A program made the translations under genes and the position numbers. From the human T2T-CHM13v2.0 reference genome, Homo sapiens: a stretch of 64,000 bases of DNA. The notes under the pieces are model-generated. The model saw only the letters and a program-made list of their open reading frames with translations. It did not search any database and had not been told where the DNA came from. How positions within the stretch are numbered: position 1 is the first letter of the stretch; each line of letters starts with the position of its first letter. Below are positions 23,466 to 38,840 of this stretch, piece after piece. The DNA is taken from the NCBI RefSeq assembly GCF_009914755.1, contig NC_060933.1. The stretch is one strand, 5' to 3'.

Positions 23466-25220
23466 TATATTTTGAATGAGAAAAGGTTTCTAATAATTCA
23501 GAAAATTTTCCAGGGAAATACAATTTTTCCTGATACTGATGAGAATCAAGCACAAGTCTTTAGGCTTCAAATTCTACTCCTCTCCACTAATTTACATATC
23601 ATCTAAAAGTGTGACCACAGGTAGTCCTGCAAAATGACTGTTTAGAAATAACCTCAGTTAGGTTATTTCTAACTGAGTGTCACAGAAAATGACAGAGTAG
23701 GAATTTCCAGGACTTGGTCCTGCCACCAAAATAACCATTTAACAGGAAAAAAAAAAAAAAAAGAAGACTATCATAATAAACTACTTGAGAACTCCGGAAT
23801 CTAATTAGACACAGCAAGTGGGGAGTCCCTCATGAAAGAAAGCAGAGGCTGTTAAACTTTCATAAGGGAGCAGCTTGCTTGAATCAGGTATTTCCCCCTA
23901 TTCTTTATCCTCCTAGCAAACATGGGATAGTTATCCTACTATGTCATCTGGTGTAAGGGTGGACAAGTAACCTTCTTTACTTCCAATAATTTAGAATTGT
24001 AAATTTTGGTCAGTCTGGTGTCCCTTAGGGGAAACAATGGAGACACTTGCCTACTTGCCTTTGTTTGAAACCCCTTAGGCCGCATTGAATTCCCAAGAGG
24101 CATCTATCCTAAGATTTAAAATGGCAAATATACCTTGTTTCGAAATCCAGATATTTAAGAAAATCTACTTCATATCACAGGCTGACTACTGAGATAATAG
24201 AACAAAAATTTCAGTGACCACATACAAGAAATTCAAACTTTGCGAAAATATTTTGAAAAAGTCACTATATCAGTGTATGAGTAAAGTCCTCAAAAAATAA
24301 CAATGGCAATCTCTAAGGAGTGAGAGCATTGTGGCAGAAATGAAAAAAATGTAGAAAAATAAACAGTGTCTACGGGAACTGTGGGACACCGTCAAGCATA
24401 CCAATATATGCATTAGAAGAGTCCCAGAGAAGACAGAGAGAAAGGGAAAAAATATTTTAGGAAGTAATAACCAAAAATTTTCCAAATCTGATAAAAACCA
24501 TGAATATCCTTATAAGAAGCTCAGTAAATGCCAAACAGGATAAATTCAGAGATTTACATTACCATCAAATTACCAAAACCCTAAAACGAAGAGCTAGAGA
24601 CCACACGGCAAAAAGAAATGACTCATCAGGTACAAAGTATGCTCCATAAAGTTAACAACTGATATTTTATCATAATCTCTGAGAATAGAAGCCTGTGGGA
24701 TGGACTGTTTCAGCACTGGAAAAGAGCAAAAAACTGTCAACAAATAATTCAATATCTGGCCATATGATTCTTCAAGAATAAAAGGGAAATTAAGACATTC
24801 CAGATAAACAAGCTAAAGGAGTCTCTTAAACAAATTCTAAAGGAAGGTGTTCAGTATAAAATGAAACATGTTAGACAATAAATAAAAGACGTGAAGAAAC
24901 AAAGAACACAGGTAAAGTTAATTATATAAGTAAATATAAAGCCAATATTATCATATGTTGGCTTGTGAATCCTCTTTTTTTATACAATTTAAAAGGAAAA
25001 TATCCTAAACAATCATTATAAGTCTATGGTAATGTCCACTCACTGGAAAAATATGTACTCTGTGACAATAACAATATAAAACTGGAGGGACAGAGATGTG
25101 AAGGAAAAGAGTACTTGTATGCTATTAAAATGAAATTTGTATTATTCAAATGTGATTTTATTTATACGTTTAACATGTTGATTGTGCCTGTCAAGATAGC
25201 CACTAAGAAAATAAATTTTA

Positions 25221-25754
<534 letters not shown>

Positions 25755-25779
25755 ATGTACAGTAAAAGAAAGAAGAATG

Positions 25780-25836
25780 TGATGCAGGATTTTTGCTCCT
25801 TGAAGCTAGGTATGGGTTCTTGTCTCACAACCAGGA
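25780..25836 (-). mobile_element. ERV1 LTR 3'-end stub (MER61/MER50-like)
   Basis: tgatgcaggatttttgctcct...gggttcttgtctcacaaccagga is the reverse complement of the LTR end seen at 29005-29063. Confidence 0.65.
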
Positions 25837-25874
25837 CTAGTTAACTAAGATACTTGAGACCACCGAATGCAACA

Positions 25875-26172
25875 CAGTGTCATTAAAAAAAAAAAAAGAA
25901 AAAAAAGAAAAAAAAAAAACAAAAAAACCCCAGCTTGGATGGCATCAACAACAGAAATTTATTTTCTCACAGTTCTAGAGGCTATAAGTCCAAGATCAAG
26001 GTGTCCTCAAGTTTGGCTTCTGAGACCTCTCTCCTTGGCTTTCAAATAGTCGCTTGCTTATTGTGTCCTCACATGGTGTTTTCTCTTTGTGGCTGTGCCC
26101 TTGGTGTCTCTCTATGCACCTCAGTCTCTTCTTATATGGTTACCAGTAAGGCTGGATTAGGACCTATCCTAA
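25875..26172 (-). mobile_element. MLT1A-type LTR, truncated, with an A-run expansion
   Basis: aacaacagaaatttattttctcacagttctagaggctataagtccaagatcaaggtg...ggattaggacctatcctaa. Confidence 0.8.
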
Positions 26173-26175
26173 GGT

Positions 26176-28168
26176 AGGGTCCCTTTCACAGCACATGGGA
26201 ATTCTGGGAGATGAAATTTGGGTGGGGAGACAGGCAAACAATATCATTCTGTCCTTGGCACCTCTGAATCTCATGTCCTCACATTTCAAAACCAATCATG
26301 CCTTCCCAACAGCCCCCCAAAGTCTTAACTCATTCAGCATTAACCCAAAAGTCCACATTCCAAAGTCTTATCTGAGACAAGGCAAGCACCTTCCACCTAT
26401 GAGCCTGTAAAATCAAAAACAAGCTAGTTACTTCCTAGATACAAAAGGGGTACAGGTATTGGGTAAATACGGCCATTCCAAATCGGATAAATTGGCCATG
26501 ACAAAGGGGTTACAGGGCCCATGCAAGTCTGAAATCTAGTGGGGCAGTCAAATTTTAAAGCTTCAAAGTGATCTCCTTTGACTCTAGGTCTCATATCCAG
26601 GTCACACTGTTCCAAGAGGTGGTTTCCCATGGTCTTGGGCAGCTCTGCCCCTGTGGCTTAGCAGGGTAAACCCTCCCTCCTGGCTGCTTTCACAGGCTGG
26701 TGTTGAGTGTCTGTGGCTTTTCCAAGTGCATGGTCCAAGCTGTTGGTGGGTCTACCATTCTGGGGTTTGGAGGATGGTGGCCCTCTTCTCACAGCTCTAT
26801 TAGGCAATGCACCAGTAGGGGCTCTGTATAGGAACTCTGATCCCACATTTCCTTTCTTCACCCTAGCAGAGGTTCTCCATGAGGGCCCCATCCCTGCAGC
26901 AAACATTTGCCAAGGCACCCAGGCATTTCCATACATCTTCTGAAATCTAGATGGAGGTTCCCAAACCTCAATTCTTGACTTCTGTGCACCTGCAAGCTTA
27001 ACACCATGTGGAAGCTCCCAAGACTTGGGACTTCCACCCTCTGAAGCCACAGCCCAAACTCTATGTTGACCCCTTTCAGCCACAGCTGGAGCAGCTGGGA
27101 CACAGGGCACCAAGTCCCTAGACTGCGCTCAGCATAGGGACCATGTGCCCCACCCACAAAACCATTTTTTCCTCCTGGGCCTGTGATTTGAGGGGCTGCC
27201 ATGAAGGTGTCTGACATGGCCTGGGGACATTTTCCCCATGGTCTTGGGAATTAATATTAGGCTCCTTGTTACTTATGCCAATTTCTGCAGCTGGCTTGAA
27301 TTTCTCCCCAGAAAATGAGTTTTTCTTTTCTATCTCATAGTCAGGCTGCAAATTTTCTGAACTTTATGCTCTGTTTCCCTTTTAAAACTGAATGCCTTTA
27401 ATAGTACCCAAACTACCTTTTCAATGCTTTGCTGCTTAGAAATTTCTTCTGCCAGATACCCTAAATCATTTCTTTCAAGTTCAAAGTTTCATTAATCTCT
27501 AGGGCAGAAGCAAAATGCCGCTATCTAGTCTCTTTGCCAAAACATAACAAGAGTCACATTTGCTCTAGTTCCCAACAAGTTCTTATCTCCATCTGAGATC
27601 ACCTCAGCCTCGACCTTATTGTTCACATCACTATCAGCAATTTTGTTGAAGCCATTCAACAAGTCTCTAGGAGGTTCCAAACTTTCCCACATTTTCCTGT
27701 CTTCTTCGGAGCTCTCTCAAGTGTTCCAACATCTGCCTGTTATCCAGTTGCAAAGCTGCTTCCACATTTTCGGGTATCTTTTCAGCAATGCCCCACTCTT
27801 CTGGTACCAATTTACTGTATTACTCTGTTTCCACATTGCTGATAAAGACATATCCAAGACTGGGAAGAAAAATAGGTTTAATTGGACTTAGAGTTCCACG
27901 TGGCTGGGTAGACCTCAGAACCATGGTGGGAGGCAAAGGCACTTCTTACGTGGTGGTGGCAAGAGAAAATGAGAAGGAAGCAAAGGTGGAAACCCTTGAT
28001 AAACCCATCAGATCTCATGAGACTTATTCACTATAACAAGAATAGCACAGGAAAGACTGGCCCCCATGATTCCATTACCTCCCCCTGGATGCCTCCCACA
28101 ACATGTAGGAATTCTGGGAGATACAATTCAAATTGAGGTTTGGATGGAGATACAGTCAAACCATATCC
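26176..28168 (-). mobile_element. THE1A MaLR element: 5' LTR 27816-28168, internal 26247-27815, 3' LTR truncated to ~70 bp
   Basis: LTR tgtattactctgtttccacattgctgataaagaca...gactgggaagaaaaataggtttaattggac; typical THE1-int; 26176-26246 matches 28087-28168. Confidence 0.92.
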
Positions 28169-29066
28169 ATACCATAGTGTTTTTGTCACGATAGCGCTGT
28201 AGTGTAAATTGAAGTCAGGTAATGTGATTCCTCTACTTTTGTTGTTTTTTCTCAGGATGGCTTTGGCTATTCTTGTTATTTATGGTTACATATAAATTTT
28301 AGAATTTTTTTCTATTTGTGTAAAGAATGTCGTTGGTATTTTGATAGGGATTGCATTAAATCTGTAGATTGCTTTGAGTAGTAGGGACATTTAAAAAATA
28401 TTGATTCTTTTAGTTTATGAACAAGGAACATCTTTTCGTTTTTTAATGTCCTCTTCAATCTCTTACATCAATGTTTTTTAGTTGTCATTATAGCTATCTC
28501 TCACTTCTTTGGTTAAGTTTATTCCTATTTTATTTCACTTATGGTTATTGTAAATGTGATTTTTTAAATTTTGTTTTCACATTGTTCACTGCTGACATGT
28601 AAAAATGTTACTGATTTTTCTATGTTGATTTTGTCTCCTACAACTGACTGAATTTGTTTATTAGTTCCAAGTTTTAGTTTTTGTGGTGGAGTCTTTAGGT
28701 TTTTCCAATATAAGATTGTATTGATAGATGCAGAAGGCAGATAAGAGGGAGAGTTCCCCAGAGAATCTTCAACTCACCTGCACACTGGAAAAATTGGGTG
28801 GAGCCAGAAGAATTTTGTGCCTTGTGCAGTGGGGAGGGGCCTGGTCTCTTCAGCTTGGGTGTAGTGGCCTGGAATTCAATCTGTGAGGTGGGAGCCCATT
28901 GGCAATAACCCCTTTCACTTTCCTGAGAGTTTTTTATTTGTTTTCTTTTTTCCTAATAAATTCCACTCTACTCACCCTTCAATGTGTTCCCATTCCTAAT
29001 CCTTCCTGGTTGTATGACAAGAATCGAGTTTTAGCTGAACTAAGGAGCAAATATTCTGCAACATTT

Positions 29067-29084
29067 TGGTGGCTTATGCAGGGG
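29067..29084 (+). promoter_or_regulatory. Retroviral primer-binding site (tRNA-Ile-like, decayed)
   Basis: tggtggcttatgcagggg lies 3 nt after the LTR; 12/18 match to TGGTGGCCCGTACGGGGA (recalled tRNA-Ile AAT 3'-end complement), all mismatches transitions. Confidence 0.55.
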
Positions 29085-30846
29085 TATGAGAAAGAGTGAG
29101 TAAGATGCAAACCAAAAAAGCTTTTTCCCTTTCGCGTCTAAGACTTTTTGTCCTCAGACTTCTGAGGGTAAAGGAAATTGTGCCTCACTGCTCCCCTCCC
29201 TGTCAGTCCAGGGGTCAAGAATGTCAGCCTTTTTCTTTTCTTTTGGGACAGACAAGCAAATGGCTCCTCACCCCCAACCCCTTTTAGGCAAGGCTGGGGC
29301 ACATGGCCCAAAGGCGCTGCATGGCAGACTGGCCAGCATTTCAAGCCATGCATCCACAGAGTCTTCCTCTCCCTCAGCTAAAGGGTCCAGCTCAGTCAGG
29401 CAGCGATTAAGTTTATCACTCTGTTGAAACAATCCGTTTATATAAGAATAAGACCTGTAACCACCTGGCAATGCTTTGGTTTAGCCTTTGTCATTTTACA
29501 GTGGCAGCTAGGGTTCACTTCTGGCTTAAGAAATTAGTCCTTTCTGGTTTGATATCTGCATGACCTTTTGCCATTTGTTGTTTATCTTCTCCTCCAAAAA
29601 CTGCCTTGGTTTTTCCTTTCTCTGAGCCTTTAGTCATGTTTGAAAACCAGAAATATTGCAGCTAAAGTTGGATAACAAGGAATTTAAAAGGATTTCCTTA
29701 AAGAGCACACATCTTAATTAAAAGTGGATATCCAAGTTACAGGTATATTTAAAAGGCCTTTATGTTTTTTCTCTTCTTGGATCTTGTTTTGCTGGAAAAG
29801 TTTTTTTTCTCAGTTGACTTAATTATTTTTCTCCATTTTGACTTGACACTCTTAATGCACACATGAGAGGCTCTAAGATAACTTCTGTGGTCATGGGACT
29901 CTTTGGAATAAATAGAGAAGGTGCCACTGGTCCCGTTTTGGGAAGAAATCTGTTTTCTTCATGGAATCCCAGGAATTAAAATTGGATAGATCCATTTCAA
30001 AATCTGTTTTTGTCTCACAGTTATGCCTGTTTATTAGGCCCTAGAAACTACATGTTTTCCTCGGCCTGCCTCTTAAAGGGTTCCTCATGGAGGCCAATAA
30101 TCCAATTAGGAGATTGGCCCATGAAAAATCATATAGCTACTGGGTCTTCTCTTGCCTGTGTAATTATATGTGTGTTGTGTGATGATGTCTATAAAAAAAG
30201 GAGCTCTAATTAACTAGCCTAAAGGAAGATAAGTGATTGGATCAAATATTTTTTAAAACAGAGACAAAAGCTGTGGTACCTTTTAGCTCCTGTGACTTTA
30301 ATATTTGAGAAATAAAAACAGCCTTAAATATTATTGGTGAAATGCAGATGTTGTCAAAATGTAAATAGGTAAACTAAATTATGCATGTCAGATAATAGGT
30401 TTGCAAAATGTTATAAGGTTATAAATTGCTTTTTATGTTTTTGAGAAATGTTTGACTTGCCTGCTTCACAATTGGAAAGGCTTGGGACATATGGAATTAA
30501 CAGCACCCTTAATTATGCACCCTTAATTATGAGTCAAACCTTGGCTGCAATGCGCACATAATTTAAACAACTTACCAAGTTTGACATTAAAGTTAAAAAT
30601 TGCTAGGAGTTACCACATAACATGTAATTGGGACTACTAAAAATAGATTTACATGTGAGGTATGTAAGAACATTAAAATGTGTTTTTAATTAAAGATTAT
30701 AAGTAGGCATAGAAATGTAAATTGTTGCATAGGGTTAAAAATCATTTTGAAATAGATAGGATAAAGCTAAAAGTTCAAACAAGTTGTGGAAGGATTGTAA
30801 AAGTTAATCTAGCAAAGGAAATTCCATGTGTTAATATTCTGACTAA

Positions 30847-31201
<355 letters not shown>

Positions 31202-31901
31202 AACAACAAGGTACTCTTAAGACAGTAATTTTCTCTTTAGCAAAATGTGTAAAGGTAAAAAGATTTATGTTTTTTAAAAATTTCTGAGTCATCATTTTGG
31301 CAAAATAAATAACTTATGGTAATCTGGAATTCTATCTTATAATATACAGTGTTTTAAATCTCGGACATTTAACAGGCTTCCCAAAATCAAACTTCAGTTT
31401 CAAAATTGTTTTTCTTTATGCCTGATGTTTGGATGCTACAGAGGGCCCCTGGAGCATCCATAAAAAATGTAAACAGGATTATTTGACATATTGATTATTT
31501 GACATACATGATATTGCCAAAGTGATGTTTAATCTTCTTCAGGTTATATTTTAGGAAATAATATTAATATATGCTCCAAAATTGTATGGAATTTCTGTAA
31601 TTCTAATGCCTGAGTTTATGTTTCCAATCATAATTAAGGTTATTATGTTAAGTTATTATAAACCACAGAGATAACCAAATATCTTTGTCAATCATATTTT
31701 TGAGTGTAACTACCCTGAATATTTTGTTATTCACATACAATTGTCTTGTCTACATCTTCTTCAAAAGATGTTTTATAATCAGGTATAGAACTTTGACAGG
31801 TGCTCTCAAATGCAGGTTTCTGATAACTTTGGACATTGTAACATTGGAATAAAGGGAAAATGTACAGGACTCATGAAGAGCTGAAATGTTTATGAACATC
31901 A

Positions 31902-32238
<337 letters not shown>

Positions 32239-35200
32239 AGAGTTATCTGAATGGACTGAACAAATAGAAAACTGAAGCAATCTTTTCACTTTTGCTTAGA
32301 ACATTGCTGATCCTTGTTTTGTTTTCCAGAGTCAAGGAAACTTATTTTGAGCTATTTATGGCCTTTAATATTTGAGTGAGTATACTCCCATGAACAACAT
32401 TTGGAGCATAGTTGTCTCTCTCTCTCTGCTGGGCTTCTCTGGAATTTGGAAACTAGTTGTGAGTGCTATTAACTTATGGCAACAGGATGCAATTGGAGAA
32501 ATAGATTATTTTACTAAAGTTTTGATTAGAAGGTTATGCTTCCCTTTAAGAAGACAAGCTTGACTTGCAGAGCCAATAAAAACCCCTTGGGAAGACTGGC
32601 CTCATACCTTGTCTACACAGTCCCTGTACAGGGTTCTTAACTTGTAGTGAGTAAATAATGTCACTTTCAAACAGGCCCAGGAACCTTATGGTCTTTGGAC
32701 CTCAAGAAGAGAGAACTTTAGCCAACTCACAGGTATTTGAGGGTACAAACCCATAACTGGGCTCAGCTTTAAAAGGTCTTATCTGAGATTCTTTGTGGAA
32801 CAGACTTCCATCAAAGCCAATCTAAAAGGCCCATGTAGAGATAATTATTTGTCCTGCAATTTATGCAAATAATCAGGCGAAGTGTAAGACTAAAGTCTAT
32901 TTTTCCAATAACTCAATACTATGATGATTTGTTTTTAACAGAAATGAAGACTGGAGAGAGAGAAATTATGCTACAAATCTTATACATTTGTCATTAAATT
33001 CTAGACTCATTGGTTGTTTTTAAGTTCTTGCCTACAGTTTAAACTAACTCTGCTTATCCCTGTGAACCATCCAGTGATCTCCAACAGCAGCTTATAAGGA
33101 ATAAAAAATGATGGGTAATGTAAAAATTGAGATCAATATTCTAGTTCTGAGCAATTATCTGCAAATCCTGTCTAGTGATGGGTCTAAATAGGATGCCCAT
33201 CACCTGGAGGTTTCCTTTTTAGGAAAGTAAGACCAAGGGAGCTAGTCAAAGCCAAGCCCCATGCACCCAAATCTTAGCAAGCATAATTATAGTCACCAGT
33301 CATCTGCACATGTCACAGGACATCCTTTTCTAGCCCTTGTTGGAGGAGAACTGAATTCCCCAGCTTCATCTTAGCATTCAGCTTATAATAAAGAGTCCAT
33401 GCAACCCCCTCCCTGAGACATGTTTTTGGTCCCAAACTCAATTCCAAGTTTCAGGTGGAAGCCCTAGGAAAGAGAACTGGATCAGAGGGATCCATAGGCA
33501 GATGATAATGGAAGTTAAAAGGCATAGTGCAGGTGAGCATGACTAATTTTTGCTCATTAAGCCAAGCTTCCCATTTCATGGATAAAGGTCATGCTAATAT
33601 CCATGGCATAAATGAGGTCTAGGGAATTCAAAGGCTACTGACTGCAGGGGAGTTAGGGGATATGTTGGCATATCTGAGTATGGCCCTTCTGTTAACATGG
33701 GTGAAAGCCACTTTAACACCCATGGGCTGCACCCTATTATTGTCGCTTAGACTCGAGTATATAAGAATGAAAGAAAGAAAGAGGAATGCCTCACTTTCTC
33801 TCCATACATACCCCAGGTATTTGCTAGAAAAATAAGGAAACCTGGAAAGCATTACTTCCCTTTTTCTAGATTAGTAGCCATTCATATTCAGTTTGTACTT
33901 CTTTCAAATGCATCCTGAACCCCTCAGACTCCTTTGCAAAAATGCCTCCTTTCTCCTTCTTCCTCCTCTGTCCTTTCCTCACTGATATGCTATTGTGTCT
34001 CTGTACTGTGGGACACTCCCCTCCAAACTGGAAAAAGTTAATTTCTCGGTTGGCTTAGGATTGGGCTCAGGGAAAGAAAACCCAGAAGCCCAACATGCCA
34101 ACAAAAGGGTTAAAGTTTTTGTTTGTTTGTTTTATTTTTTTGCTCTGTTTTTTTTTTTTTTTTTTCTTTGCCAGTTAGGCTTTTGGCCTCCTTCTCCCTG
34201 TGAAAACTGGTGAAAGTCCTTGGGATTTTTGGGCTGTCTTTACTCCTCCTCCACTCATTTCATTTTTATACATGTCTTCAAATAACCCAGTTTGTCTCTC
34301 CTTGCATTCAGGCTTTTGAACTCCAAATGATCATGCAACAGGGCCTCAGATGAGGGCCCCTTTTGCCATGGACATTTGGATAGGCCACTGAGGGAGATCT
34401 GACTGCCTTTTTCCCAAAACAGCAGCCACTATTGGCAGGAAGCAGTTAAGATCAGTCTTTGCCCTTATCCTTATTTTTATTCTAATGGCAGTTAGATGTA
34501 CTTTTTTAGGTGGAGGGATGATAAATGCAGGAGGCAGATAAGGGGGAGGGTGCTTGGAAAATCTCCAACCCTCCTGCACACTGGCAAAATGGGGTAAAAC
34601 CATGGAAACTTCATGCCTTGTGCGTGGGGAAGAGCCTGGCCTCTTCAGCTCACGTGTTGTGGTCTGGAATTCGTGGAGTGGGAGCCCATTGGCAGGAAAC
34701 CTTCTCGCTTTGCTGACAGGTTTTCTTTTTTTCTCAATAAATTTTGCTCCACTCACCCTTCAATGTTTCCTCATTCCTAATCCTTCCTGGTCATGTGACA
34801 AGAACCCGTTTTTAGCTTAACTAAGAAGCAAACATTCTGCAAAAGTATCATCTGCAAGCAAGAATAATTTGACTTTTTTTCTTTCCAATTCATATGCCTT
34901 TTTTTTCTCTTATCTGATTACTCTAGCTAGGAATTCCAGTAGTATGTTTAATCATGATGGAAGTGAGAATCCTTGTCATAGTCCAGACTCTAGAGAAAAG
35001 GCTTTAAGAGTTTATTTATTCAGTATAATACTACCAGTGAGTCTGTCATATATGGCTTTTATTGTGTAGAGGTATGTTCCTTCTATATCCGGTTTTTTGA
35101 TGATTTTTGTCATGAATAAATGCTGTTGAATTTTATCAAATGCTATTACAGCCTCAATTGAAATGACATATGAGGTTTGTCCTTCATTCTGTTGATAAAA

Positions 35201-35825
35201 TGTATCACATTCACTGATTTACATATGTTGAGCCATCCTTGCATCCCTGAGATAAATCACACTTGGTCACGATGAATTATCTTTGTAATGTGTTGTTGAA
35301 TTTGGTTTGCTAGAATTTTGTTGAGAATTTTTGCATCAATGTTCATCAGACATTTTGACCTGTAGATTCCTTTTTTTGACATGTCTGTCTGGTTTTTGTA
35401 TTAAGGTAAAACTGGCCTCAAAGAATGAGTGAAATATTTCCTCCTTCTGTATTTTTTGGAATAATTTGAGTAGAATCAGTATTGGTTCTTTAGATGTTTG
35501 GTAAGATTCAGCAGTGAAGCCATTGGGTTCACTTTTCTTTCCTGGGAGACTCTTTAGTACTGTTTCAATCTTATTATTTGTTATTGGCCTATCCATGTTT
35601 TGGATTTCTTCATGATTCAATACTGGTATGCTTTATATGTCTAGAAACTCATCTGTTTCTTCTAGTATTTCCAATTTATTGGCATATAGTTGTTTACAGT
35701 ACTCTCTAATGTTGCTTTTAATTTCTTTGGTGTCTGCTGTAATATTTTTTTACTTCATATTCTGTTTATTTTCTCTTTTATTTTTAGTCTGGTTGTAAGT
35801 CTGTTGATTTTATGTATCTTTTTAA

Positions 35826-36915
<1,090 letters not shown>

Positions 36916-37719
36916 AATTTGCTTTTATGAAGCTGTTTTCTAGATCCTGTAGGTGTTGTTTATTTTTTTAAATTATTTGTTCTCTAGATTCTTCTGCCCA
37001 TGTATTTTCGGATAGCCTCTTTTCAAGCTTATTATTTTTTTCTTCTGCTTGAAAGTATCGTTGTGCTGCTGAGAGACTCTGATGCATTATTCAATACATG
37101 AATTGAGTGTTTTAGCTCCAGAATTTCTGCTCTATTTCTTAAAAAATCATTTAAAAATCTGTTAAATTTATTTGATAGGATTATTAAATTTTGTCCCTGT
37201 TTTACCTCAAATTTCATTTAGCTTTCTCAGAAACAGCTATTTTTTATTCTACCTCTGAAAGGTCACATATCTCTGTCACTCCAGAATTGGGTACTGGTGT
37301 CTTACTTAGTTTGTTTTGTGATGCTGTAATTTCCTGAATGGTCTTCGTGCTTTTGGATGTCTTTCAATATCTGGGCATTAAAAAATTAAGCATTTATTCT
37401 CATTCTTGCAGTTTGGACTTATTTGCATTTATCCTCCTTAAGAAGGCTTTCCAAGTATTCAAAAGGAATTGAGTGTTGTGGTCTAAGTCTTTGGTCACTA
37501 CAGCCATATCTGCATACAGGGTACCCCAAACCCAGTAATGCTGTAACTCTTGCAGAAGCAGCACTTTGGTGCTCCTGAGTAAGATTCAGGAGAATTCCCT
37601 GGATTACCAGGCAGAGTCTTTTTTTCTTTTCCCTTACTTTCCCTCAAACAAACAGAGTCTGTCTCTCCATGCTGAACTGCCTGCTGTTGGGGAAAGGTGA
37701 TACAGGCACTCCCATTGCC

Positions 37720-38840
37720 ACCACCACTGGGACAGTGCTGGATCACAACTGAAGCCAACATGGTATTAAGTCTCTCACAAGGCCCATAGCAGCTAATACC
37801 TGGGTGCCACCAATGTCCAGGCCCAAGAGCTCTTTGGCAGCAGGTGATGCATCCTGCCAGAGCTGTATCTCTCTATTCAGGGCAAGCAGGTTCTCTTTTG
37901 GCCCAGGGTGTATTTAGAAATGTTGTCTGGGAACTGTGTCCTGGAATTGGGAACTTTAGGAATATACTTGGTGCTTTACTTTACTATGACTGAGCTGGTA
38001 CCCAAATTGTAAGACAAATACTTTTTTTTTTTTAACTCTTTTCTTTCTTTTCCTCAAACAGAAGGAGTTCCTCCCAATGGAGAACTCCAGTGTTATCCAG
38101 GTAGTAGTTGCCAACTCTCAGTGGTAGCCAGGGAGTAGTTGTAGTAGTTGCTAACTCCCAGTGGCAGCCAGGGAGTAGCAGTAGTTTAGAAACTCCCCAG
38201 GCCTGCCAGTGGCAACTACTACCTGGCTACCACTGATGTTTATTCAGGGCCCAAGGACTCTTGAATCAGCAGGTGGTGAATCCTGTGAGGGCTGGTCTCT
38301 GCGTTCATGGCAATGGGTTCCCTTCTGGCCTAAGCTATGTCTGGAAATTCTATTCAGAAGTTAAGGCCTGGAATTAGGGACTTTAGGAGCCTGCTCAGTG
38401 TTTTATTTTCCTGTGTCTAAGTTGGCACCCAAGTTGCAAGACAAAGTCCTTTATATTCTTCTCTCTTCTTTCTTCAAAAAGAAGGAGTTTCACCCTGTGG
38501 CCACCACAGCTGAGAATGTGCTGGGTCAAACCTAAAGCCCGCACAGTACTGAGTCTCACACAAGGCCCATGGCAACTACTACCTGGCTGTTAACTGATGT
38601 TTATTCAAGGCCCAATAGCTCTTCTGTCAGCAAGTGATGAATCCTGCCAGAACTGAATCTTTCCCTTCATGTCATCGGGTTCCTTTCTGGCCCAGCATGA
38701 GTCTAGAAATATTATTCAGGAGCTAAGGCCTAGAATAGAGGCTTTAAGACTCTTCTTGGTGCTTCATTTTACTGTGGATGAGCTTTTATCCACGTTCCAA
38801 GACAAAGTCCTTTTTACAATTCCCTCTCCTTTCTTCTAGT
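37720..38840 (-). repeat. Three ~360-bp diverged monomers in the L1MA 5'UTR
   Basis: ggcaactactacctggct...gacaaagtcc at 38211 and 38571 (period 360), with a more diverged copy at ~37790. Confidence 0.85.

Noticed and set aside
26195-28036. Cluster of 68-151-aa ORFs
   Set aside because: Fragmented THE1 internal/LTR sequence; no intact product
37720-38840. Regularly spaced repeats as a CRISPR-like or novel array
   Set aside because: Long diverged monomers of an L1MA 5'UTR with no unique spacers; eukaryotic context
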